The notes below the pieces were generated by a model. That model was not told where the DNA came from and did no database searches. It worked only from the letters and a program-made list of their open reading frames with translations. The translations under genes were made by a program, and so were the position numbers. A DNA stretch of 64,000 nucleotides from Bispira polyomma (Eukaryota): contig OZ287748.1 of NCBI GenBank assembly GCA_965649765.1, forward strand, positions 41,292,001 to 41,356,000. The letters are read 5' to 3'. This document shows positions 39,901 through 54,100 of the stretch, piece after piece. How positions within the stretch are numbered: position 1 is the first letter of the stretch; each line of letters starts with the position of its first letter.

Positions 39901-42900
39901 CAATGTAATAATCAGTACCATGGATAAGTCAATTAAAAATTAATTTAAGGAAATTTAAAAACAAAAAAAATAAAAAAAGAATTCCAAATTGCTAGCCAAA
40001 TCGATAAACAAGACATGAATACTACCTTTTGACAAAGTAATTATCTTCTTAACTGGATTACAAAAGTAAAGTTCACATTTAAAGTTTACATTTGCTTTTA
40101 AAAACTTAAACATTTATTTACAATGTTAAATCTTTTTAGATTATATTTAAATATGATTTAAAAGTTTGACTTTGTACAAATTAATCAAATTTCAGATATT
40201 GTATAATAATGTTTAATATAATGATTACCTTGTATAATTTAAATATTTTTTCAGACGTTTTTTACTGAGAATATTATTTTCTGCATAGAATTGAAATTGT
40301 ATTTTAATTTAGACATAAACTACATTTACATCAACTTTCATATATGTGTTGGTTCAAAGTTGTTTCAATAAAGTTTCAAACATTGAAATAACTTTTGTAA
40401 ACTTAATTCAGGGAACATGCATATTCCCTGATTACACATATTCACTGTAAGATATACATAGATATGTATTTCATTGATGACACACAGCCTGTACATTTAT
40501 CATTCAATCATACATTCAATACATTATGTTACTGTTCATTGAGTTAAATAATAAGTTTTGTCTTTTTTCTAAGCATTTTATTATTTATTTCTTTTAATTT
40601 TTTGCAATTCTCTAAGAAAAAGCTACTGTTTTGTATTGTAAAATTGTACAAAAATTGTAAGCCTTTAAAACCAATTTCACTTAGTCCCACTCTACAGAGT
40701 CAAGGGCCTTGTCAAAATCGATCAGGAGCAACATCCCTGTGAGCTTTCTTTGGTTTATATAATGAAGAGAATCAGAAATATTTTTACCAGTGTATCCATC
40801 CTTAAGGAATCCTTTTTGCTGACTGGTAATTACTTTTGGATTACCTTTTTTATTCTGAGGGTACAAAACCCCTGATAAAAGTTTAAAATCAACATTTAAC
40901 ATGTGAGTGGGCGCAGGTTCTTCATTAACTCTATAGGTTTATTTCCTTTTGGAATAAGTGTTATCAAAATCTGCCTTTGTGTTACTGACAATTCCCCATT
41001 AGTAAAACATTCATTTATACTTTCTAAGACATAATTACCAATATTATTCTAAAGAGTTTAAAAAAAATTCAACCGTGATTCATCTGTTCGAGAGGCTTTT
41101 CCATTTTTCATATTCTTTTTATAATGACGGGGAAAAACATTCTACGTGTCGTAGGTACCGGTACCGGTAATGTTGATACATACTCCACACTGATTACATC
41201 TCATCCTCACCTATATAGTTGACACACACACAATCCTGATAAACACAAAAGTACTACCTAACTGATATTCAATATTATTCAGCCAGCATGTTTTTTGTAG
41301 TTTGTAGTGTAGTTTCTTCTAGTCAATTGTAGTCGTAAAACGTGTCCAGAATTTGCCATGCTTTGGACACGTCGTATGTACCCTAATCTTTGTCGTATAC
41401 TTTAACACAGTTTTAAATTCATTCTCCAATATAAGTCCCTGACATTTCATTTGTTCCAGTGGGCTTAATATTTTTCTATTATCTTTGTTAAGAAAGGGGT
41501 TTGGTCTATTATTTGGTTTTTGGCATGTCTATTTTGCTAAAGATTTTCATAATTCATTTAGAATGCCTTTTTGATCCGTGGTTATATTATCTCCCACTCT
41601 TACTCCATTGACTACCCTATTAACATATTTTTTTTCCAAATTGCAAAAAACCTTACAAAGTAGGTTTTTCGTAATCCAGATACATTTGTGCTCTTGTTCG
41701 TAACAACATACAGTTGATTTTCTCAAGACCATTAATTTTTTCGCCATTTTTTTCTAAACATAATAGTAGCTTGTTGTCCTTTGCATCAGTTGAGAGTAAA
41801 ATGTTTTTAAGATTTGTATTTTCGTTTTAATTGTTTGTTCCTTTTGTTTGAGTGTTTTCTTTTTATGCGAACAATAGGGAATAGTGGCACCTCTTATTCT
41901 AAGCTTTAATATATTTTTCATTTTTCTGTTTACGTTGACTCCAGGATTTTTTTGCTGGTAGCACAAAAGAAAAAATGATGATCAATTGTATTTAAATTAC
42001 AGTTTCTTTTTATTGAAAAGATTGAAGGTACAGTTCATTTACTATGAATTGGACCAAGGGCCACCCAGTATAATACCTTGTTATTTAACTTTGAGAAATC
42101 TAATAATTTACCTTTTAGTAGAATTTCTTGGCATTGCACTTCTTTTCGTATTTGATATTGACATGTTTTTAAAGCTTATTTCTAAGCCTGTGGTATTGAA
42201 CTAAAAATTATATTGTAAGTTAAAAAATTTATATTCAATCTAAACTTTCTGGCAAACTGTTTAAAATATAAAATGCTGCCATTATTTGATATTATTACTA
42301 AATTCTAGGTGTTAGCTTCCTGTAATTTAAAATAAAAAATAAATTTATTTAGGATTTTATCGTATGATTTTTGAGCTAGACCATGAAATTGCTCTCAAGA
42401 TTCAAATATCTGCCTGTGAAAAAGTGTAAGGAATTTAACCCTGTGTTGGTGGCAACTTTTTCTTTATTTTACTTTTTTCTATATTTAACAGGTTAAAAGT
42501 TTGCACTTTCCATGATTTCGAAGCAAGTTTTTTATTCATTTTATTTTGCATACTATATCAATAGCAAAGATATCAGGCATTTGAAGACCAGTCATTGCAT
42601 AGGAAGCAGTTATTGTAACTTTTGCAGGTTTATTGTCCAAAAAAAAATAAAATTAAATTCTGTCAATTCTTTTCAATATGTTTGTTGGACAAAAACATAC
42701 CGACAGTAAATAGGTTATCTTATGTGTAACTAGTGATTTTAATATCAAGATCTTGCCAATTTCCTGCTTGTCCAATATTTTTGTAAACCCAATTGCTTTT
42801 AGCTTATTTTCAAAATTCAGTGAAATTGATTTATTTAAATTATAGAAACCTATATGCCTTTAGTTTTAAAATTTGTTTAATTTATCGTAATTTTGTTTAT

Positions 42901-45900
42901 CGACCTTGGCAATTTTACTTTTTGAAACTTAGATGTACCAATTGGAATTACTTTGACCATTCCACACTATCAATAGCTTTTTCAAAATATAATAATACAA
43001 TATAGCCAGGCAAATTTCTCAAAACTGTGTAGGACATAATGTCTTCTATCAATCTAATATTTTCCCTATATATCTATTTTTATGTACCCTATTTGGTCAC
43101 AATCAATTAATCTTGGTAGGAGCAGTTGTGGCATATTTGCCAATGCCTTGAAGTTAAACTTTTGTAGTCAATATTGAGAATGCTTACTGGTCTCTAATTC
43201 TTTAAAATCTTAAATCTTTATTTGGTTTTGGAATAAGGTTAAGGATACCTCGCCACTGATCAGTTGTTTACAGTCCATTTTGAGAAGACTATTTAAAACT
43301 GTCAAATAATCTAATCTAATCTAATCTAGTCGTACTTTTATAGCGCTTAATCTTTGTACAACAAATTCTAAGGCGCAACAAACCCAAAACGTTAATCGCA
43401 AATCAAAAATAGTGGGCGGATGGAAGTCATAACCAGGGAGACTACCGTAGATGGTTGCGACGGCTAAGGTGGAAAAGCCTGTTCAAAAAGATAGGCCTTC
43501 AGCTTACTCCTGAAAGAGGAGAAAGTTTGAGCCAGGCGAACATGATCAGGTAGGCTGTTCCAAATGAGGGGGCCATCATGAGCTAGGCAGTGATTGAACT
43601 GAACTTTGGATTTGTGGATGCGAGGGTCGAAGGTGGGAATGTTAAGGTATAATTTATCAGGGTTACTGCGCCTAGTCCTGACTGAGCATGTATATTTGGA
43701 TAGATGGGGGCTAAAATAAGTGGGTAATCCAGAATTTAGAAATTTATATATTATTGTTGCTGTTTTGAAAGCAACACAATATTTTATTGGGAGCCAGTGC
43801 AGTGACTTGAGTACAGGAGTAATGTGGGAAAATTTAGATGTTTTGGTCACAATACGTGCCAATGAGTGTTGGATATTCTGAAGGCGTCTGAGATCACTAC
43901 GAGATAAGGAACGGAACAGAGAGTTGCAGTAATCAAGCCTGCTACTGACCAAAGCATTGGCAACAGTGACTGCAGTGGATTTGGAAAGATAGCGCCGAAT
44001 CCGCCTGAAATCACGGAGGCCAACAAAACATGATCTACACACTGATGCGACATGGTTCGAGAAGGAAAATTCAGAGTCGAACACCACGCCCAGGTTTCGT
44101 ACTTTTTCAGCTGGAAAAAACCTGCTGCCAAGAATGTCAAGTGGAAAACAGCTGGACAATTTTTCCCGTTGCGACTTGGAGCCAAACAAAATAAACTCAG
44201 TCTTCTCAGGGTTCAGCTTGAGTTTATTTGCTGCCATCCAGTGTTGTACATCGACAAGGCAGTTCTGTAAGGAAGTGAAAGCTACCTGGGCAGAGTCAGG
44301 TGTAAGGTGGATGTACAGTTGGGTATCATCAGCATAGAAGTGAAAGTTTGTTTTTGTATGCAGCAATAATCTTGCTGAGTGGGGTGGTGTACATGGAAAA
44401 CAAAATGGGACCCAGGACGGAACCTTGGGGAACACCAAATTTTAACCATGTTGGGTCGGATAAGATATTGCCAATTTTGACTGATTGGAATCTATCAGAT
44501 AAATATGCCGTGAACCACTTAAGCGCCATACCGCTGATACCGAACCAGGACGATAGGCATTCAAGAAGAACTTTGTGATCAATAGTATCAAAGGCTAATA
44601 ATAATAAGTTTCTGACATTTGCCAAAAAAAAATTATAAAAGTTTCTGGTAATTTTAGGAGACTATCACAGATTTGTTTTTCAATATCATTAAAGTGAGGT
44701 ATATGTTTCTCTTTTATGAATTATTCAATGCTTCCATCCTCATGAGTGAACTTAGAAAAGTATATGGTATAGTAGTACTTTCTTTCTTCTTCCAAAATTG
44801 CCTTAGGAGTTGCTATTTCAGATGTGTCATTACATATTAATTTTTGTATATATTTGGAATTATAGTTTCTTTTCTCTAAGTAAAGGAAACACACAGTATT
44901 CTTTTCTCATTTAAACCCATTACACCTTTGTCATAAGGATTGCCCTTCGACCGTTTTATTTTGTAATTGTTTTACCTAATTTTTACCTAGTTTTTACTTA
45001 ATTATATTTATTTAGATTTTCATTGTTTTTTTGCTATTCCATTTCAAAATTTTCTTGTTTTTGCTGTAAACACTTTTTATTTTCTGTGCTTTTCATTGCT
45101 CTTGATTTTAAATATGTTATAGTTATTGTTCTTATTTGACACTTGAGTTTTCTCTCTTGTAAATTTTAATTCAGTTGGATGTCTCAGTTTCCATATGTCA
45201 CTTAAATTATACTCTTCCATAATATTTATGATTCCTGCATATTTTATCAACTTTTCGTTACTTCCTCCTTCTAATTAAGTATTAAAATCTCCTCCAACAA
45301 TTACGCTCTTCTCAACAAGCTTTCCAAAAATCCAACTGTAAATTACCCTTATCTTTTGTTGGTGCATATAAATTTATTAGTAGAAATGGGTTGTCATCGA
45401 TTTCGCAATCTAAAATAATCCTCCTACCGTCATCATCTTTCTGCACATTCAAAATTGTTAATTTTACATTATTTGGTATTATAATTAATTACTTTGCTTG
45501 TTACCATGTGAGAAATAAATATCCCGTTCCATTCATCTTGCCACGTTGTTTATGTACTATAAGAAAATGAGTCTCCTGTAACATTACCAGGTCTCTATGT
45601 TTGGACAGTAACCACGTAAATAATGTACTTCTTTTCTTAACATCCCTTCACCCTCCGCAATTAACAGAGTTAGACGCCATCGCATTTTTATCTAAATACA
45701 TCTTCATCAAAGGATATCCATTTTATTTTTTAAATCATGTGATACAGCAAGAGTTTTAAACATGTTAAATACAATGATTTTTTTTTGCAATCTATTGTTC
45801 TCTATCTAAAGTAATATCACAGACATAGAAGGACATTGCAAATAAAGTAGACACAAAATATACATAAAAAACATCACATAACAGAGATAAAGAATACAAT

Positions 45901-48900
45901 AATAAAATATGTGACAACCAAATATCATTAAAAGTTACAGGTGTTTAGTCCTTATCTAAAAAAATATATTTGAGATAGAAAACTATATACATATAACAGT
46001 TTCCCAATTTTAATTTAATTAACCTTTTATTACATGCATAAACTCATGCGGTTCCATAACATTAAATCTACCATGTATTTTCATAATAAATGCTGCATAA
46101 AAGAAAATACATACGGAAATGGTTGAAGTTTTATAGATAATCAATAACATGTTAAAGCCATGCCAGGTTTTTTACAACCCATCTAAATACATTTTATCAG
46201 TAGAACAGGGATCAAAAACTTCTATGAATTGATGATAACACATATAAGCATGTTAAGCATGTTAGGTTTCATCAATTATAATTGTTTAAATACGCACACA
46301 TATTACTATGTTATCTGCCACTCTACGTTTTAACTATTTTATAATTATTGAAATTTCTGCCACTGATACTTTATAGAGTATTTACTGTATACATGCATAA
46401 TCTACTTATCAGAATTGTTAGTTATCTCTCACCATACATTTTCACATGTAAATATATTTTATCATTATTACAAAGGTTAAAATGTGACCTATTACAAGCA
46501 AGTTAGGGGCCAGATATTTTAATTGTTTAAATATACACATATTACTAGGTTATCTGCCACTATCGTTTTATGATTTTGTAATTAGTGAAATTTCTGCCAA
46601 ATTGATACTTTATAGAGTATGTACTATATACATGCATAATTTACTAAATATAATTGTTTAAGTATACACACATATTACTAAGTTATCTCTCCCTATTCAT
46701 TTTCACATGTAAATACATTTTATCAGTAGTACAAAGGTCAAAAACTTCTACTGAATTGATGAAAAAGCACATAGCAATACTAGTTAAATAGTGACCTATT
46801 ACAAGCCTGTTAGGGGCCAGCACTTTAGATACACACATAGAACTATGTTATCGGCCACCATAAATTTTAACTATTTTGTAATTACTGAAATTTCTTCCAC
46901 TGCCAATTTATTAAGTATGTACTATTTATATGCATAATCCACATATTGGTAGCCTTACAATTTGTTCGCTGATATTTCAGCATATGTACCATTCAATTTT
47001 ATTTTAAACCTAATTTGGTTAGCAAAAGGATGTATTTAAATATATTTAAGGATGTATTTAAATTTGACACTCTCATATTTACATAAAAAACTGTGTTAGA
47101 TACTGAATTTCATGTTATGTATCCCACACCACACAATGTATTCTACAGTACTTTGTCATATTGATATAAAGGAAGACCTTGAGTACTCAAAGTCTGATGT
47201 TAGAATAAAAATCAAAACTTGTAAATGAAAAAAATAGCAAAGTTTTAATATTAAAAAATTGTAATAAACTACACAACCAAAAATAACATAGAAATCAGGG
47301 CTATCTTTATTGGGGTCAAACATTACACACATCCAAAAGTTTTGTTTATTCATTTGTAAATCTAGGAGTAACAAATTACCGATCTCATCTGTTTCTGCCC
47401 CTATTATCTTATAATTCAGATTTTAATTAAACAATACAGCTACTGCTCAACTTACAGAGGACTTGGAAGAGATAATCATTTCAGATCGCCAGTTTCTTTC
47501 AAAAGCAGATTAATTTTTACTACTCACATGGACATCTTAAAGACAATAAATATCATTTTTTTTATTTTAGCAATTAAAAACACATTTTCTCTTAATAAAT
47601 CAGCTAAACCCCTGACATTCATGCTACCGATTCTCAAATTGTTAGAGTAAATATAAAACAAACCAACAACAACCAAAAATAAAAATATTATACGCAGTTT
47701 CCTAATGCTGTTGTATTGGAGCAGAGAGAAAGGTAAGTGGTGTACAGGAAGTCATAAAGGAGACACACTGTAAAATCATTTGGGTATTTATTAAACATTT
47801 ACACATTTCTACATTTACTATAATCCTCTTTAACATTAAGGTCACCCTATCCTAAGGCCATTGAGGCCTGTTTACATACATAAGGTGATCTTAACTTGAA
47901 GAGGTTTTAAAATACCTATCTATTTGTTAGTACTACTACAACTACTGAATATATAGCTTGGACCTTATCTAAAGCCTTACTGTTGAGGGAATTACAATAT
48001 AAGTTAGCCTCATTAAGGCTTGTTTGTGCCTGAGTTGCCTAACCTCTGTGAGGTTATTACATCACACTTTTCCAAGCCCTGCTGTTGCTTATACCTGTTT
48101 TATTGGGAACCGGGAGGGTGGAATTTTTTCATCGTACAGCCACCAAAAGATTAAATGAATATAAACCCTCTTGGGGCTGGTTTACCAGGAGTGGGTGGTT
48201 TTTGCGGCAAATCATTGTTTCCTTAATTAGAAGCTGATGAGTAAAGTAGATGGGGGTGTCTCCATTTGAGGGTGACACTTTGTTTGCAAGAATATCCTCA
48301 TAATATAAGGTTGATTTGAGTAAAGTCAGTTAAGGTAAGTGAGACTTGATGCTGCTTATACATCACACATTCAATTTATTATGAAAAGGTAATAAGGAGG
48401 GGGAGAGGGAAATGGAAAAAATAAATACATGACAAAAAACAACAACCTATATAAATACTGTACAAAGGTCAAAACATGTCCCATCACATGTGTATGACAG
48501 AGTGGATCTTCTTGGTTTATTTTGGTTCGGGCAAGGGAGTGCTGTTTCCACTGCCACTGTAACCACTAGAAAGACTTCCCTGCCTGGTCACCACTACTTG
48601 CCTTCCCCTCATATGATGCTGGTGATGCCTTTGCTGTTTTCAGATCTCAACAACAGGTTTGCACTGTTAGGTGTACTACCACCAGTACTTGGGGAGCTCG
48701 TAGGACTACTGCTATCAAACTGCAGTGGGTCACTGTACCCTGGAGACAGTGTGCTGCGACTATGGGAAGAGTGCTGACTAAAGCTCTTGTCATTATAGAG
48801 GATCCTCCTGGGTGGGGCCTGGTCTGTGACTATGATCTCTCTACTGCCAGACACTTCAGACCTGCCATCACTTTTCAGTCGAACAAGCAGTGATCGTCCT

Positions 48901-51130
48901 GTTTTAAATGAAAAGAAACCAGTCAAGATAATTTGGTATAGGAAACCAGAATTAATCTTCCTATTATTAATTTAAAAAAAAAACAAGTTTCTATATATAT
49001 AAAACATTAATCAGGAACCTTCCTATTGTAAGTTAGAAACACAAGTCAATATGAAGAATATGTATCAATAGGAAACAAGCAGTGGTCTTCCTTTTGTAAA
49101 TTAAAATAAATAAGCCAATTCATACATATATAAAACATGCAGTGATATTCCTAATGTATATTAATACACAAGTCAATCTAAATATACAGTGCAAACTCTA
49201 TTATCCAAACTTCTCTTATCCGAATATTCGATATTATGAACACATTTCCACCCTCCCAAATTTATTTTTTCCTAATGTTTTACAGATATGCATAAGCAGC
49301 ACATCATCTTTTATTCCAAATTCTAAATATGACCTGAATATCTACTTTTCTAACACATTTTTCTAACACATTAGATAAACCTTCCAAATAAAAATATAAG
49401 AAAGATTCTACTGCATTATGCTGTGGGTTATCATTAGCTTTTATCATCCATTATTTACATATATGTTACCACAAAAAATAAATTTTCCGTATATATCTAG
49501 TTATTCTTTAATTGCAGCCTATATTTACCTGATTTTGTGCCCTTTAGTAACAGCACCAGTATAAGGGCCAGAACAAGTCCTACAGCAACTACACCAAGTA
49601 CTCCAATAACAGCAGGATGTAGTCCACCACTGTCGTCCAACTCCTAAAATATACGTAAAAGAGATATGTTAAATTTAACTAAATAATGTCAAAATGAAGC
49701 TTTGTAAAAAGAATGTTTAGTGTCACATTTCATAAACATTTTTTTAGCAGGTGAAAACATTAAAAATGACAGTCAGCCGAACAGTTGAGCTTATGAGACA
49801 CTCTATATACATAAATTTTACACTTAATTAAGTTACAAATATTTACAAATATACATGGACACTGATTTTAACAATGTATACCACATATATTTGCTACCTG
49901 TGCATCCAAATTACAAATATAGTTAACATTTATGAAATAATAAAAAGTACTGATACTACATGTGCATACAAATCACAAATATATAGTTACCATTTAAGAA
50001 ATAATAAAAATAAGTACTCACAAAACATGTGCATACAAATCACAAAATGTGCATACAAATCACTAATATATAGTTACCATTTAAGAAATAATAAAAAGTA
50101 CTCATACGTCCAAAATCATATTTCTAGATAGTTCAAAAATTTCCGAAAAATATTTGCTGAAGTTTGAGATATTTTCTTTTTCTGTAGATTTATTGATTTT
50201 TTCAAATATTGACAAGTTATCCCATGTATGATATTTTTGCTTCATAATATTTTCGAGAGTTTAATATGAAAACCCTTCATGAAGTGGTTGGAAGCAATCA
50301 ACCTGGCAAAATTAATTAGGGGCCAGATTAATATTTCTCAAATATATTTTTGTCGGATCAGTTGTCGGGCGAAACCAGAGAAAGAAAAATGTCACAAATA
50401 CCTTTGATGTGGGAGTACAAGGGTAATTGAAGTTAGGGTCAATATGATAAAGGACACTCTAAAAGTAGATCCTAAAGTCATAGACCCTATGTTCTCCAAA
50501 TCAAACTCTCCGATTCAACCATCCCTTGCTTTGAAGCGAATAGATGAAGACTTTTTAATATGTTCGAACTCTCCAGACAATAGAAATGTCTTCACAGCTC
50601 ACACCTGTGAAATCTCAAACCATGATGAGGCCTCTTCTGCTCATGCATCACTCTTCCAAAACCAGAGGTAGCAAAGGCAACCCACAGAGTATATATTGGT
50701 ATTCGTATGAATCGCCAGTGGGCAAAGAAGATTTCTACGGCCATGATGATGATGGTGAATTCTCAGCCTCAAATTAAGGAATAACACATTCCAAAGCACG
50801 GTATACAGTAAGTTTTACTATTACTGGAGGAATAGTAACATGAATGATTTAAAAATGTACTGTAGTAATTAGGCAAGGTCTAAACCTTTTAAATTTCTTT
50901 TTTTATAAATACTGGTACAAATACTACAAGTTAACAACTAGTATCTACACGTTAGTAACTAAAAAAAAAAACAATTAAAAAAAAGTTAAAATATCGACAA
51001 GTTCTAAAGAGGTATCTACAAGTTAGTAAATAGTATCTACAAGTTAGTAAGGAGTATATACAAGTTAGTTACTAGTATCTACAAATTACTAACAAAACAA
51101 ACAAAACATAAAAGTTAATAGAAACTCTAA

Positions 51131-51169
<39 letters not shown>

Positions 51170-54100
51170 CTGAATCTGTTTTGAGAGGCCACAAAAGAAG
51201 AAATGTTATTATAAAAAACGTAGAATATAACAATTTGAGAATCAGTAGCATAAATATCAAGGGGTTTTGCAGATAAAATTAAGATAAAATATGTTTTTAG
51301 TGGTAAAAAGAAATCTACTGTCTGCAAGATGTCCATGTAAGTACTAAAGATAAAAACTTTTTGAAAGAGACTGGGGATCTGAAGTAATTATCTCTTCCAA
51401 ATCACCTTAAAGTCAAAGAGTAGTGGGCTTGTGTAATAAAAATCTAGATTATAAGAAAATAGGGGTGGAAACAGACAAGATCGGCTGTTTGTTACAAAAG
51501 GATTTACAAATAAATTAACAAAACTTTTGGATGCGTATAATGTATGGCTCCAATACAGAGAGCTAATTTTGGTGTAGATCTTATTTGCTACTTTTCTATA
51601 CTTTACAAAAACAATACTGAACGATCCTGTCAACAAGGTGACCCCCTGAGTCATTATATTTTTATTTCATTCAAAGTAAAAGAGTTCCAAATCAATGAAA
51701 ACCATGTTAAAATTGGACAATATCCAAATGACACCTTTCTTCTTTTAGATGGCTCAGACAATTATTTAAAAGAAAGTTAGTAACTAGTATCTACAAATTA
51801 GTAACTAAAACAAAACAATTAAAAAAAGGTTAGTAACTAGTATCTACAAACAGTGTATAGTGCAAAAAGATGGCTCAGACAATTATTTAAAAGAAAGTTA
51901 GTAACTAGTATCTACAAATTAGTAACTAAAACAAAACAATTTAAAAAGGTTAGTAACTAGTATCTACAAACAGTGCATAGTGCAAAAAGAAAATGCACCA
52001 TTTATTATATGTGGAGACCTGAATTTAGTAATGAATTACAAACTTAATACATATGGCTATATAAAAGAGAATAATGTTAAAACTAAAGACATAGTCAATA
52101 ATATGTGGGAGGGACTAGATCTAATAGATATTTGGAGATCAGAGAATAACTACTCAAAAAGATCCAGTTAGGTAAGTAGAAAAAAACCCGGTAAATATGG
52201 CAAGGCTTGACTTTTTTGGTAACCCCAGGCATTCATGCTAATATTAAAAGTAGAAGTTCAGTTCCTCGATCCCTGCTGAGAGAACCTAAATACATAGCTT
52301 CAGTTAAAAAGGAGTTAAAAAAAAACATTTTGTGCTTTTACTAATGTATCAATTACAAAACAAATGTTCTTTGAAGTATTAAAGCTTAGAATAAGAGGTG
52401 CCACTATCCCCTATTGTTCATATAGGAAGAAAAAACTTAAACATAATGAATAAATAATTAATAAGGAAACACAAAATATTGATTTTTTTTACTCTCAACT
52501 GATATAAAGGACAATGAACTACTAAAATGAAGAAAGAATTAAGGGGCTTACGAGAAAATCAGCTAAGAGGTATATATATTCCCATGAACAACAGCACAAA
52601 TGTATCTAAATTACGAAAAATTGGATTTTTTTTGTGTTAATAGGGTAGTCAATCGAATAAGAGGGTAAGATAATATCATCATGGATCCAAAAAGGCATTT
52701 TATATGAATTAAAAGATTTCTAACAAAATCTTTCACAAAGTTAATGTGCTGAAAACCCAATGGGGGACCCTAACCTCTTTGGGAACAAAGATAATATAAA
52801 AAGATTAAGCCCAACGAAATAAATGAAAAGTGATAAACATATTTCTGAAAATGAAATTAAAACCGTATTAAAGATTATGAAACATGAAAAATAACACAAA
52901 GACAGGGTTTGATAACACTTATTGCAAAAGGAAATAACCCTATAGAGTAAATAAAGAACTGGCTTCCAATATCATTGTTAAATGTTGATTATAAATTTTA
53001 CCAGAAGTTTTGGCCCTCAGAATGAAAGAGGTTATGCCAAATACAATTAATAGTGAGCAAAAACAATTCGTCCAGGATGGATACATTGGTGAAAATATTA
53101 GCACAGTTTTTTATTGTTTTTACATTACATAAACCAAAGAAAGCTCACAGGAATGTTGCTCCTGATCGATTTTGAAAAGGCTTTTGACTCTTTAGAGTGG
53201 GGCTATCTAAAATTGATTTCAAAGGCGTACAATTTTGGTGTAGATCTTATTTGCTGCTTTTCTATACTTTACAAAAACAATATTGAACGATCCTGTCAAC
53301 AAGGTGACCCCCTGAGTCATTATATTTTTATTTCATTCAAAGTAAAAGAGTTCCAAATCAATGAAAGCCATGTTAAAATTGGACAATATCCAAATGACAC
53401 CTTTCTTCTTTTAGATGGCTCAGACAATTATTTAAAAGAAAGTTTACATAGTTTGAAATCTTTTCACACCTATCCTGATCCTAAAATCAATATGGAAAAA
53501 CTCAAGTGATGTGGCTAAGCAATGTAAAAGGCAGAGATAACATAGTGTCACAAAATAGGGTAATTCGGTTTGACTTGCTAGGAATTATTTCCATGTTGAG
53601 CAAGATACAATGATCCAATTAAATTTTGAAAAAAAAACAACTTGAAGTGGACAAAGTATTAAACATGTACAGTAAATCAATCAACCTATCTATTTTAGAA
53701 AAGTTAAATGTCTTTAAAACCTCTTGCTCAACCAAAACTAGTATATATATTTGCAATATTGCCTAATTCACCCAAAAAGTGTTTTTGATGTGGTGGACAT
53801 GTTTTTTTCTATGCTGGAGTACAAGTACGGTAAAGATAAATAAAGGCAATTAAAAAACTTAAATATATTCCAGAAGGGGGTTTAAAATTAATAAATTTAT
53901 TAGATTGCAATAATGCATTAAAACTATCATACAGATGGCAGTTGGCAATCTAATTTTGAAGCATCATTTGGTTTGAAGTATCAATTTGTCTAAATAAAAA
54001 AATGGCTTGGGAGTTAGACATACAGTCTCTAGACAATAAGATGTATTAATAATTTTGTCAAACTTCAAATTGGATCATAGTCAAAATATAGATATCATAT

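Larger units (their letters stand above)
40681..47640 (-). mobile_element. Nested cluster of decayed L1/Tx1-like LINE ORF2 fragments (two elements)
   Basis: Element a: endonuclease start LRIGSMNVRGLAD at about 47640 and RT NVDFKLLS...LLLIDFDKALDSVEW at 40681-40902. Element b: endonuclease start at about 45680 and RT RGILNLIPKPNKD...ILNIDYK at about 43160-43250. Both have many stops and frameshifts. Confidence 0.75.
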
